Of a stretch of 64,000 nucleotides of DNA, positions 26,302 through 39,175 are shown piece after piece. Below the pieces are notes generated by a model that did no database searches, had not been told where the DNA came from, and saw only the letters and a program-made list of their open reading frames with translations. Source of the DNA: Paramecium tetraurelia (Eukaryota). Every line of letters begins with the position of its first letter. Within the stretch, counting starts at the first letter, position 1. Where the stretch lies: contig CT868033.1 of NCBI GenBank assembly GCA_000165425.1, positions 124,001 through 188,000 of the forward strand, in the 5' to 3' direction. The translations under genes and the position numbers were made by a program.

Positions 26302-27999
26302 TCAGGTACTACACTGAATATTTTCATTTTCTTCATCGCACTCTCCTACAATAAATTTCTAAGTAACCATGTTTTCATTAGTAATTTCGATCTTCTTCAT
26401 TTGCATAAGCCTCTAATGTAACATCACATTTATTGGATATAATTTATTTTCAATTTCTGTATGGATCTCAACAGACTCACTAAATCCAAGAATGAACAAT
26501 TTGTCACTTTCATAACTTTTGATTAACTCCAAGCAAATCACCTTTTCTCCTTTATAAATAGGTCCAATTATCTCTAAATTCTAACTCAAAATATAGATTG
26601 ATGTTTAAATATCGTCATCCATCTTCAAGATTACTCTATTGAAATCTATGATCATTTGTGTGCATTTCTAAGTAAATTTATATGGAATTTCAGTAAGGAT
26701 TTTGCCATTAAATAAATAGAGTTATCCACTCCTCATTCCAATTAAGAAATTGCTTCCAACCTTAATTACACTCTCCATGGATTGTTCCACATTGTAATGC
26801 TAAGTGTACTTCAATTGTCCAATATCATTCTATGTGAATATTCTGATCAATCCATCTTTACAAAATGTAAATAGTTATCCATCCTCGAAGTTTGTATAGA
26901 CAATCTCTTTCATTGATATATCAGATATTATCTAAGGACATTACTGATGGAACACATTATGGAATACCAATAGATTTTTAAAGGATTCCTCCTCTTTCTA
27001 AAATTGGATGATTAGAGTATATTCATTGTTTGGATGTTCTTACATAAAAGCAGATATAAATTATTTATCTGTTTGACTAATGGTTACTTTCCTTTCTTCA
27101 TCTATTATTTCTATACCATTTCTTTTGAATGGGATTTAATAAAAATCAATTGCATCTGTTCTTAAAATGCCTAAAAATTAAAAATGATATCCTGCGATTT
27201 GAATTAGATTAGATATGTTCTTCTTTTATGCCAAATTCAAGACTTAATGCCTTTTCTTTACTTAAATCTCATTCTTTTTCACTTTCTTTGTAATACTAAC
27301 ATTTTCTATTTATTATTCACTCTAACTCGGTCTCTCTTTCGTCCTCTCTTTCATTCTCTCTTTCGGTCTCTCATTCTCATTCTCTTCATCTTATATCTAA
27401 TCTCTTTTCGTAAATGTATTTTCTCTACCTCCTCTGCCTCTACCTCTTCCTCTTCCACGTGTATTCTATTGAAATTGCTACTAATCATCTCCATTCTCGA
27501 TATCTTGATTTCTTTGCCATCTCTCCGAATTAACATTATTCCTCTCTTAATTGTTTTTCTCTCTATACACCGGTTTTTAAATCTAATTTTCCTATTAATC
27601 CTAATTTCGATCCCATTTTTATTTGATTTGTCTATTTTCATTTCCTTCCTTTTATTATCCAAATCTTTAGCCGCTTTTTTGCTCATATGAATTCCTTGGT
27701 TATTGCTGCCTCTATTTTTACTCAATTCTGTCACTTTTATCAATTTTATAATTGTCTTTGGTTTATTCCTCCTCCTGATATCTATCAATCTAACCTCTTC
27801 CCCTGCCTCTCCCTCTCACAATTTTTCTGTCTTATGTTTAATAATCATTATTCTTCTTCAAATTCAGTTTGCCCTTCTCATCTCTAACTAGATTAACTCT
27901 CTCAATATTTGATGTGTCATGGGAATATTTACATTGGTCTCCTTCCCTGCAATTACCTTGTACATAAAATCTGCATGGAGCATCAAATTTAGCATTCAT
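26302..27999 (-). CDS. CCCH zinc-finger protein with R/E/D-rich low-complexity middle and beta-propeller-like C-terminus
   Basis: PCRFYVQGNCREGDQCKYSHD at the N-terminus; RGRGRGR and RE repeats; C-terminal FCKDGLIRIF / IGMRSGQLYLF strands; 3' end approximate. Confidence 0.65.
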
Positions 28000-28697
28000 A
28001 TATATTTGTTAATAAATTAATAATAAATATTCTCATTAGAAATTAGCGTTGTAGTAATGCATTGTTTTCACTTCAATTCAATTATATTTCAATAATCCAT
28101 TATTTGACTCATCCACGAAATTAATAATAATATAATCGTAATTAAAGTATCTAGAACCCAATTATTAGAATGATATTTGATATAAATATTATATAAATTT
28201 TACCCTTAATTTACTTTCATGCTTGCAGAAGTTTCACATTTGAAATTTGTTCAATGACTTTAAGTTTTGATTGTATTAACAATAAGTGTATTCTTAATCC
28301 AATAAAGTTATTATTAGGATTAATAATTCAGACTATTTGGTTATGACAAGTAAAATATGTCAAACTGGAAATTTGATAAGTTTAGTTAAGACACAAGTAA
28401 GTAATTGAGTGAAAATGATTATGAATCAGAAAATCACTTAACAATCGTATAATCATGATTTAAATTGAAAATAATTTAATTTAAATATTTAGAGCTGAAT
28501 TACTACTAAAGAGATGTGTATTCCTAAGAGTAGGTTATCAAATAATTAAATGGATGCAGATAATACATAGACTTAGATTGATATATTTAATACTATATGA
28601 TAGAAGTCAAGTAAATATATATGCATATTAAATAAAGAATATATCAAATGATATGTTATTTCATATTGGCTTTTGATATAAATAATAAAAATATATA

Positions 28698-30093
28698 ATG
28701 ATATCTGAGAATGAGAGTACTCGAGTTTTGTTGGTGATTGTGCAGAATCCTTAATCTATAATACTGCCTCATTCTTTGTTCTATCGATACTTTTCAAGTT
28801 ATGGGGAAGTGAATAAGATATTGATATTCGAGAAAGGAAAGTTATGGAAATGCTTTATAGAGATGGCTACTTTACAGTAGGCCAAGATTTCATAGTAGTA
28901 ATTGAATGGCTGTTAGTTGTACGAGTAAACAATAATGAATGTGTAAACAATCTAAATGATTCATAGTTACTATTCAACACTGCAGAGTGTCACATTCCTG
29001 AACAACAATTCAGGCGGTGTGGATTACAAGGCAATGAAACAAAGAAATTCGACCAAGACTGTGAATGTTTATGAATAAGACTATCATCCAAAGACATACA
29101 GTCAACCCTTGATAACTCAATAGGATGCGAAATTAAGCATGGCCAGTTTTGGAAACGAGAGAACGAGAGCCAGTTTGAACGACAAATAAGATTTCCAGGA
29201 TTATAAAAATGAATGGGAACCTTCAAAAATATAAACATCGCTGGAATTTATAGATGATAGTGATTCCCCTAGAAACAGAAAGTACGCCTCCTTCAAATCA
29301 ATATAATTTGATGACAACGAACATGATCCCATAGATGAAGACATAATGCATGCATTTTCATCTGAGAAGAACACTTACCTAAATTCGTATATGTTTTCGA
29401 TACCAGAGGTAGAGGACAGGATAAAGAATCAAGATATTGACCCATACACTTATGTATCGCCTTAATTCTTGAGAGAAAATCAACCTTCCAAAGTTGTCTA
29501 TTTGAGAGGGTTGATGAATCAGAATATTACGCCATTAAACATATTTAATTTACTATCAAATTTCGGAAATGTGTTAGTAATCATTCATATCAAGCATAAA
29601 ACATCAGCCTTGGTGTAATTTGAGAAATTGCAACATGCTTAAAATGCACTTGATCATCTAAATAATCAGGTGTTCTTTGCATACAAACTGAAGATCTTCT
29701 ATTCAAACTATCAAGAAATTCAGTTCCCCTTGCCATTCCAATCCCCTCAAACCTAAGTCTTTATGCCCATTCCATCGCAATTCAGATTTAGCGATGGCAA
29801 ATCTATATCGTTCAATCCACCTAGCCAAATACTGCATTTGAGTAATATCAAAGGGAAGATGTGCGAAGACGAGTCCTACATCAAAGAGATCTTTAAAGGA
29901 ATTGGCAATGTTTAAGCAATCAAATTTATACATATCGACAAGTAAGAAAACCTCTATAATAGATAAAAACATATGGCATTAGTAAGATTATCGACTTTAG
30001 AAGAAGCATTGAATGGAGCAGCTTTACTTCACGGGAAAAGAGGTAATGGGCAGAAAGATCAATGTTTCATTTACCAAAAGTAAATTATGCTGA
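28698..30093 (+). CDS. PTB/hnRNP-L-like multi-RRM RNA-binding protein
   Basis: TRVLLVIVQN...YFSSYGEVNKILIFEK; PSKVVYLRGL...FNLLSNFGNV; PPSQILHLSNI...MALVRL...INVSFTKSKL; extra A near 30036-30039. Confidence 0.85.
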
Positions 30094-30173
30094 AATGTAA
30101 CAGAGTCAGCTTTTGCTCAAGTATTATGACTTTCTAAAACAATATAATTATTAATTATCCTTATTTTTATATT

Positions 30174-31229
30174 TCATGCTTTTACACCAGATGATGCGAA
30201 CAGATCCTCAGTCTTCTTTTCAACTTCAGGTTCGAATTAACATAATTGTAAACTTCTTTGGAACTGGCTGATTCTTTTGATGATTCTGGAATGCAAGTAA
30301 GTCTTCGAAGCATGAATGTGATAATGCAAATATTGTCTAACATTACTATGTATATTACCTAAATCCTTATAAAAATGTAGATAATTATTCTATATTCTTA
30401 CTAAAATGTTACGCCTTGAACAATGTCATCGTTATCAATTATGAATTTGGATCCACCTTGATATTCGACACTTCTGGAAATGCTGATTTCAATATAGAAG
30501 ATTGATAATTCGATCTTGAAATAGGAGGAGCCATCTTCACATTTTTCTTTGCATCGATTATCTCACGTGATTATTAGATTTGCCAATGTCCTATCAACAT
30601 TGTCAGAAAATGAAATCTCATAGAAAATGTTCAAAGCATCCTTGTCAGGAATGGCATAAACAACTTCATTCTCTCTACTTTGATACTTGAATGGAGATGA
30701 TGCCTCTCCTTTATTCGATTTGTATCGAATCGCCTCACTCAAATGCAGCTGCATAGAAGTTTCTTCTTATCTATGAGAAATCCTTTGTGACCTTCTCAAA
30801 CAATTTCTGATTCTCTGCTCGTATCTGCTATTTTAGCTCTTAAAGTTCAGCCTTTTCTGCCTCTGTTGCATTCTTAGGAATCTTGGGTTCCTCTTTGGCT
30901 GATTGGGCATCAAATGAGAATGTCAAATGAAATCCTACATCTGCAGCCTCCTTTGTGTAATCTATCCTTTATTTATAGGTAATTACCCTTATAGTATTTC
31001 TCAATCATGTAGTTACCTGCGATGCTGAATATCTCATTGTAATTAAAACAGGTAAACGATAGAAACAATTTACCATCCTCCTTATATTACAATTTCGTGC
31101 ATGAGTAATTGTAATCCTTAGCAACCACGATTCTTGGATCCTTTTTCCTAAAGTCTCTATATTAAATTACATGATCAAATCCATTATCTAGGTTTAAAGT
31201 AGCTTATTCTATGGATCTATGAGCATCAT
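30174..31229 (-). CDS. ARPC2: Arp2/3 complex subunit ARPC2 (p34-Arc)
   Basis: MMLIDPQNKLLQ..., YQSRENEVVYAIPDKD..ISFSDNVDRTLANLIITE..MAPP, QYLHYHIHASKTYLHSRI..FQRSL; +1 frameshift near 30566. Confidence 0.8.
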
Positions 31230-31352
31230 TGTTTTAATTATTTATTTAATTATATAATATTGCTTATATACAATATTTATTTTAATATTATTCTCGTACT
31301 TGAATTTTTATTATGTCAAATTAAGATAAAAATTATTAATTGTAATATTAAT

Positions 31353-32825
31353 TCAATTAAATTATTTCAAGGAATTATCAATATTTGGAATTCTATCAAT
31401 TTCTTTCTTATAATATGATAAGTTTTACAACAATTTTAATAGGTATTATAAATTTTGATAATTATACTAATTAACAACTGAATTATTGCTAAACCTCAGA
31501 TATACCTACTCAATCGATTTCAAATTACTTTTCAATTCTTGCCCCAGAATATCAATATCAATTGCTACATTTTATGATTGTAATTTAGTGATCAACTTAT
31601 TTGTGTTATTTATTAATTCTTAATTTTGTAATTTAAAAATAGGATTACTATTCTATGATAAAAAGAATGCTAAATTAATACTAACCAAATTATTTATATC
31701 ATTTGTTATTTACTAAATGAAAATATTTTTGAGTTCAGAATCATAACCTAAAGAGGTTTTCTGATTATCTTATTATTAATTAGTTAATTAATTTACTTAA
31801 TCTATAATAATTTTTTCTTTTTCTTCAATTGTTTGTTAGTTCATTTTAGTCAATAAATTTGACATTTTATTTTCGAATTCAATATTTTAATCTTATAAAC
31901 TTTTAACTTAATCTTCAAGAAGTTATTTTTCCTATTGAAGCTCATAATTCATAGATTCTACCGTCTCTAAGATTATTACTGTCTTTTCAAAAATATGTTT
32001 TACATAACTGAAACAAGCCGTGTTTTTCTCCAATTTCTTGAATATATCATAAATTTTCTCCTTTACATAATCATTTTAATTTGTGATATATGATTCTAAT
32101 TCTATTTTAAAATTGATTATAACTTATTCCATCTACTTTATTGTCCTTATTGTGTCTTTAATTAAGTTGATCATATTCTCAACTTAAGATTAATCGATAT
32201 CTTTAACCCTATTTAAATTCAGTTAACGATTGGATTGAAATTCTTAAAATTCTTATAATAAAACCTTCATTTAATTTATCGTTTATTCTTGCTCAATTTT
32301 AAGTTTTTATGCACTCTTCTGAAATTATGCATCCTCAAATTCAATTTTTATAGAGTTCTCATCTATATTTTTTATTTGCTACTGGATAGTAATTTCTTGA
32401 AATTGATTTTGTTATTTATTTAGCTCTATGATTAAATTAGCACTTTTCTTGTTAACTGAAGAAAGTTATCTCATCAATTCTTCATTAACGCTATATGTTT
32501 TATCCAATTGTTGTCTCAATCCAGCTATTTGTTCTTCTTAATATTTTATTTATTATTGATAATTTAAACTCTCTTCTGCTAATTAAAATAATTTGATTGA
32601 TTATATTTCATTAATGTCTTATTATAAATTAAGCCTTTCAACTACTTCTTTATTTTAATTTGACCAAATTTAAAGCAAAAATATACATTGAAATTTTCGA
32701 AAAACCTTTTACAGAACAAATAATCGTTCATCTTTATTTGCACCATTATATAATGCATAAGGAAGGATATCTGTAAGTATTGAAACTAAATTTTAACAAT
32801 CTTTGAGTTTGCATCCATTAATCAT
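31353..32825 (-). CDS. Hypothetical coiled-coil protein (490 aa)
   Basis: Q/E/K-rich code-6 ORF, in frame at both ends (1473 nt). Confidence 0.65.
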
Positions 32826-33453
32826 TAATAATAATGAAACAAGGACTATTTATAATTAATATAAAAGTTTGATATATAACAAAATGAAAAAATAAAACTC
32901 TATTATTTACATTCAACTTCTAACTTTCAAGGAATTAAAAATTTAGATTAAGTAAACAGTTATGAATAAAATAAATTGCATATAATTTTATTCTTCCTTT
33001 AATAGTTAGATTACTGAAATAATTGATGTTTTTATTTTTTCAACCCTTAAATTACTTAAATTATATTGTAATATATTTATAAATATACTAAATCAATCAA
33101 CTGAATAATAAAAATGATAAGGCAAGAAATATTTTTTTATTAATTAATCACAGATTATGATAGAAATGTATATACACAATGCAAATATATATACCAATTA
33201 TTCTTAATGTATGGGTGGATGTAATTAATTGGAATTTATGAACTTTATTCGTGATTAATTTAAAAATCATATGAAGGATATTAAAGAATTTATGAAAATG
33301 TTTTGAATAATGAAAATATGATTTAAATAAATTAAATCCATTCAATGGTTGATAATTATCCATAATTAACGATCGAAATTTTTAATATAAATTATAGTTT
33401 ATAACCGAGGAACTTTTAATTAATTATTCCACACATTAAAATAAATTAAAAAA

Positions 33454-35177
33454 ATGTCTAAATTCACAAAACCCACATAAGCAGCTAACAAGCTCGTCAA
33501 AACAAACCAAGGTGCTCCAATTAAGAAACAAGACTCAGATTCTGATGATTTGAGCGATGTTCCTCCTCCCCCCAAAAAATAATAACAAAAGCCAGTTGGA
33601 ACAACCAAAGTAGCTGCTAAGGCCCCATAAGTTGATTCAGATGATCAAGACGAACCAGTTAAGTTGGTTTAATCAGTGAAAAAGGGAAGTTTTGATGCAA
33701 CAAAGCCAAACACCACAAATTAAAATGTAGCCAAGTAGGGATAAAAGAAGCCTGTTCAATAAGATGATGATTCTGATGATGTACCACCTCCTCCAAAGAA
33801 GGGAGCAGTGGTTTAAAAAAAGCCTGTCAAATAATAGGATTCTGATGATGATTCAGATGATGCCCCCCCTCCCCCCAAGAAGGCACCAGTAGCCACAAAA
33901 CCAGTTGCTAAGCCAGCTGTTCAAACCAAGGCCCCAGTGAAACCATAAGTCTAATAAGAGGATTCTGATGATTCAGATGATGTTCCTCCTCCCAAGAAAC
34001 CAGTTGCTGCAACAAAGCCAGTTGCCAAGCCAGCTGTTTAAACCAAGGCCCCAGTCAAACAATAAGCCCAATAAGAGGATTCAGATGATGATTCAGATGA
34101 TGCTCCCCCTCCCCCCAAGAAGGCACCAGTAGCCACTAAGCCAGTTGCTAAGCCAGCTGCTTAAACCAAGGCTCCAGTCAAACAATAAGCCCAATAAGAT
34201 GATTCTGATGATTCAGATGATGTTCCTCCCCCCCCCAAGAAGGCACCAGTCTAATAATCTAAGGCTCCATAAAAGACTTAATAAATTGAATAAGAAGATG
34301 ATGATGAAGATGAGGCTCCTTAACCAAGAGGAAAATAATAACCTTAAAAGCAAGCTCAATAAGCTTAATAAGGACAATAAGATCATGAAGTTTTCGTGAG
34401 AGGACTCTCATTTGATGCCACCGAATAAGACATCAAGGAATTCTTCGATGAGTGTGGAAACATCAACAGTGTTAACTTGTTGAAGGGACCAAATGGAAAC
34501 TCCAAGGGAATTGCTTTTGTTAGATTCTCCACCGAGGATGGATAAAGTGCAGCTGTTGAATACAGTGGCTAAGAACATATGGGAAGAACCATTACAGTTG
34601 AGAAGACAAAGCCAAGAGATCAAAGACCATAATAAGGAGGACAATAAGGAGGATCAGGTGAAAGCACAACATGCTTCATTGGAAACATGAGTTTCTATGC
34701 TACTGAGGACTCTTTGTATCCAGTTTTTGAAGACTGTGGAAAGATTAAGGAAGTCAGAATTGCCAAGGATGCTGAAGGAAAGGTATGAATATAGTATTAA
34801 TGTTTTAGTCAAGAGGATTCGGATATGTCGAATTCTTCGATAATGAGTCAGCTCAAAAGGGACTCGCAAAGACAGGAACTGATGTTGAAGGTAGAGCTAT
34901 CAGAGTTGATCTTGCCAATTCATCATAAAGAAGTGGTGGTGGTAACAGAGGAGACAGAGGAGGCTTCGGAGGAAGAGGAGGCTTCGGCGGAAGAGGAGGC
35001 TTCGGTGGAAGAGGAGACAGAGGAAGCTTCGGAGGAGGTTTCGGAGGAAGAGGCCGTGGAGGTGACAGAGGATTCTCAAGAGGAGGCCGAGGAAGAGGCG
35101 GAAATTTAGATGCTAACGATATTGCTGCTAAAAAGGGAACTATTGCTGGATTTGCTGGAAAGAAAATGGCTCTATGA
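33454..35177 (+). CDS. Nucleolin/Nsr1/Gar2-like protein: acidic-basic repeats, 2 RRMs, RGG tail; 1 intron
   Basis: DSDDSDDVPPPKK repeats; EVFVRGLSFDATE..KGIAFVRF; TCFIGNMSFYATE..SRGFGYVEF; RGGFGGRGG tail. Confidence 0.9.
33838..34250 (+). repeat. Coding tandem repeat (~120 nt units, 240-nt higher-order period) in nucleolin N-terminus
   Basis: Sequence at 33841 matches 34081, and 33961 matches 34201, almost base for base. Confidence 0.85.
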
Positions 35178-35262
35178 TATTATTATAATAAATCATAAAT
35201 GTGTAGAAAAATTTATAATTTAACATCTTTTCAATAGAATTCAGAAAGATTAATAATTTTAA

Positions 35263-37402
35263 ATGAATTTTATCAAGAATTTATTTGTAAAGCAAAAATA
35301 GCAATAAAAAGAACCTCTCTTCTTTGACTCATTTACTGAGAAGATCGACCATTTTGAAAGCTAAGTAAGTATCATATCAGATGGAATTACACTAACTCAA
35401 TACCCAAAAGACATCATTTAAGTTATAAAATCAAATATTGAATAACTAAAAAAATAATTACAAGAAGCTAAAGTTTATGTAATATCATACGCATATTTTT
35501 TAGATCCTTTTTTTAGGTACAACATCTGCAGGTAAGAGTACCTTCATCAATTCACTATTGGGCCAACAAATATTGCCTTCTAGAAATTAGGAATGCACAT
35601 AAAATGTGATATTTATCGAATACAATGAAAAAATTATTATAAATGAAAAGTAGATTAACAGTTTAGATCAAGCACAATAGATTCTATTTGAAATGTAAAA
35701 GAGTAATAAATCTGAAATTGTGAATATCCAAGTCCCATCGCTCTTTCATAATTAGTTCCCTTCTGATTTGAGGAGCAGGATAGTATTCATAGATACGTAT
35801 GATTATATATTATATATTTTGATAGACCTGGTTTCAAAAAAGATGAATTGTAATCTCTTCAGGCCCATTTCTAAAAAATTGATGATAAGATTGGTCTCTA
35901 ACATCGTATAAATGTATGGGTTACCAATTACACTTCATTCGATAATGATAAGGAATTATAAAACCAAATTCTTAGCATTTATAAACCTCAAGCATCTTCT
36001 GAAATTATAAAAAAATAAAATCAAAAAGCTAGTTACTTGAAAAGTGTAATAATTGAAGAGTTTTAAGGATATTAGAAATAGTAGGACTTATTAATTAGTT
36101 CTCATGATATAATCGAAAGCTATGAATCTTTGGAGAGCGTAAGAAAGTTTTAATCCTAAACATTATTTTTTATTCTTAATAAATACGATGAAAGAAAGGT
36201 ATCTGAAGATAAAAACGTCGATCTTATAATTTAAGAAATTAGTTAAATGATCGGGAGTGAATTGAATATATTTAAGATATCAGCCTTAAGAGCTATGAGG
36301 TATAGAATATTAAATTATGGATCTTAATAAGCCATTGATAAATTTATGGAATCTTATTTCTTGGATTATAGAGATGTTGAGCTATTTGTGACTTAAAATG
36401 ATTGCAGAAAATATTGCAATGAGAAAATTAAAAATAACCCAAACCTTTTATAAAATCAAGATTATTTAAAGTTATAGAATCAATTGGAATCCAATATCAA
36501 ATTATAAATCAGTGAAGCTTTCTATGGAGATAGGTTTCTTTAGATAATACATTGGTTGATTGTATTAGAATTGGTTGTCAGTCCTTAATAAATTAAATTA
36601 GAGGAAAAATAATATGAAGCTTTGAAAGATTTAATCTATTAGTTCATAGACAATTAAATATAGAGCTATAATCATTGTATTTCAAAATTCAAAAATGATA
36701 CTATATGTCAAATCAAAAAGGATTTGGATCGTTACAAATCTCTATTATTATCTGAAGAACCATAAATCCTTATAATTTCGGCATGCAAATAAACGTTGTA
36801 AACAATGATTGAATATGAATAAAAGATTATATAATTAAATGAGGATGTAAAGAACGGATTAATATTAAAATTGTAATCCATCTTTCCATAGCAATAGAAA
36901 GATCCATTATTAAAAAGCATTTAATTGGTGGGATAAAGAGATGTGTCTATTCTTGATGGGTGCACACAATTATTTGAATTGGTGAATGAAAATAATGTCA
37001 ATGAAATTTAGAAACGTAGCTTTTAATAATATGCTGATAGTGTACAAAAAACAATGGGAGTGAGAATCAATCCAATATAGTCTTAAGTTGGAATTATTTC
37101 TACTGGACTATCTATTGCAGCCTACTTAGGAAAGAGATTCGCATTTCAAACTTTGAGATGCTCACCAATCTTTGCAGCAATAGGTATAGGATTGATGTCA
37201 TTCGACTTATCCTTTATGTTTGGGAAGTAATGGTATTCAACAAACATAATTAATGATCAATTGCATGTATATATACTTTAATAAATAGCAATGGGAATCT
37301 ACTTTGATATAATTAATTGAGGATCAAGAGAAAAGTTATAGCCAAGTAAACAAACAAACTTTTGGTTGTGTCAGAAATGTTTTAAGTAGTTTGATGTAAT
37401 GA
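35263..37402 (+). CDS. Dynamin-like GTPase (Dynamin_N; mitofusin/BDLP-like architecture) with C-terminal hydrophobic segments
   Basis: G1 FLGTTSAGKSTFINSLLGQQILP, G2 ECT, G3 FIDTPGF, G4 FILNKYD; C-terminal VGIISTGLSIAAYLG and IFAAIGIGLMSFDLSFMFG. Confidence 0.75.
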
Positions 37403-37474
37403 TAAGTCAACTTTATTTTTTAAATATTTATTAGTTTATAATCAATAAATTAAGTTCAGAAACAATGCCCTATT

Positions 37475-38728
37475 TCATAATTTTTATAATTTATCAATTG
37501 ATTTATGTAAGTATTAATTAATATGCTTTAAACGAGAAATTTCTAATTTTTAAGAATCAATTGTTTCTTTTTATTCTTTGAACTTTACTTCATACTCTTT
37601 TATTTTTTCTATCATCAATTTCTTCTCTTCTAAGTAGTTTAAATGATCATCCAATCTCTGTAAATGCTCTCTTATCACACTTTGTTTCTTATTTACTTCT
37701 ACATTCTTAACGTTTTACATATTGTCTTAGTGATCCAACCTAGCCATATTTTCTATAGTTACATGTTCTTCAATCTAATTATTTCCTCATCTTTCTCTTG
37801 TTTCTCTTCCTCCAAGGTTATTAAGGCTGACTCATAGATCTATATTTTATTCTCTAAGATCTATTCTCTTTCACTAATCTATTTCTTCTCATCTACTTCC
37901 TCCAACTTAATCGATTCCTCCTCCTCTTTCTATTACTGTTAGTTTTGCTATTGAAATTCAGCAGAGAAACTAAAACGATTGTCTTCCTTTGGATTTTAGA
38001 GTTGCCTTAAACTCTAGTTGATGAGGTTGTTTAGACTCCTACTAGATTTCTATAACTCCTCATGCATATCCAGAAGTCTATTGTATATATCCCCTTGACT
38101 GAATGAGGAGGATCTATGAGAAAGCTTCATGATTGCATTCATTAAATAGAGAATTGTAATTATATTAATCAAAATTGCTTTACACACTTCTTTTCAAAGT
38201 TCTCCAGCCATTGCTTATACTTCTATTACATTTATACAAATTGGAAGTGAGCCTCCTCTATGTTTTCTTCCTCTAGTTCTTGAGTTTTTTTCGAGATGTA
38301 TGCAGTTTAAGAAGATGGGGTGATATTAATTAGCTTTCTTTTTGCTTGTTAAGTATTTTTTAAAACTGATATGTCATCATCAGTTCCTAGTTAATGGTAA
38401 AATGACTCCAATACTGTGATTCTAGTTTTACGAGCATAGGTTTCTTAGATATTTGATTATTTTCGCTATTCCTCTTACTTTCCTGGAGTCAGAAATCTTG
38501 TATTTTTCAATTTAAAAGATGGACTTTACCGTAATTGACTAACATCTTATTGTTTATTCTGACATTTTAAGGAATTAAAGTTACCTATAATTTCTCTTCA
38601 GCAGAGTTTTGCATTACCATTTTTGGAGTTTAAAAACTACTATTATTTTCTAGTCTTCCCCCTTTTAAAGCACTTCCACCTCTACGATTGCTTTAAAAAT
38701 ACGGGTTCACTCTTGTACCTGCTATCAT
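37475..38728 (-). CDS. Hypothetical coiled-coil protein
   Basis: Long code-6 ORF with E/Q/K-rich heptads in the C-terminal half. Confidence 0.6.
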
Positions 38729-39175
38729 TTTTATTATTAATTAATATATACTTTAACTAATATATTTAATCAATGATTTTTGTATTCTTTTGAGAAGTTC
38801 AAATCATATCTCAATTTTATTGAACTGGAAATATGAGAATGATTATTGAATTTTCTCCATCATTTAATCTTTCAATTTTTGATAGATAAAGTAATATAAT
38901 AAATATATATTATGTATTTTTGATGCTTAAGCTTTTCAAAAAGCATTTTAAGAACGAGAAGTTCAAAATTAATTGGTTGTTTTCTCCTTTAAAATAGTAT
39001 GAGATTAATAAATTAGTAGTAATACTTAATTAAACTAACTGATTTTAAATGATAATTGATGATGCAACTATAAGGTGTCTTTAATAGAAGATATTTGAGA
39101 ATTTCAGTTTGGATTAATATGAATTTATTTTATTTTTTTGTAATATTAATTAATACATAAACAAATTTAGTTAAA

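Noticed and set aside
27247..27891. Hydrophobic plus-strand ORFs in the track
   Set aside because: Antisense shadows of the purine-rich low-complexity region of the minus-strand CCCH gene
28000..28697. Long intergenic stretches as retained IESs or ncRNA genes
   Set aside because: No tRNA or snoRNA structure recognised, and IESs cannot be identified without comparing germline and somatic sequence
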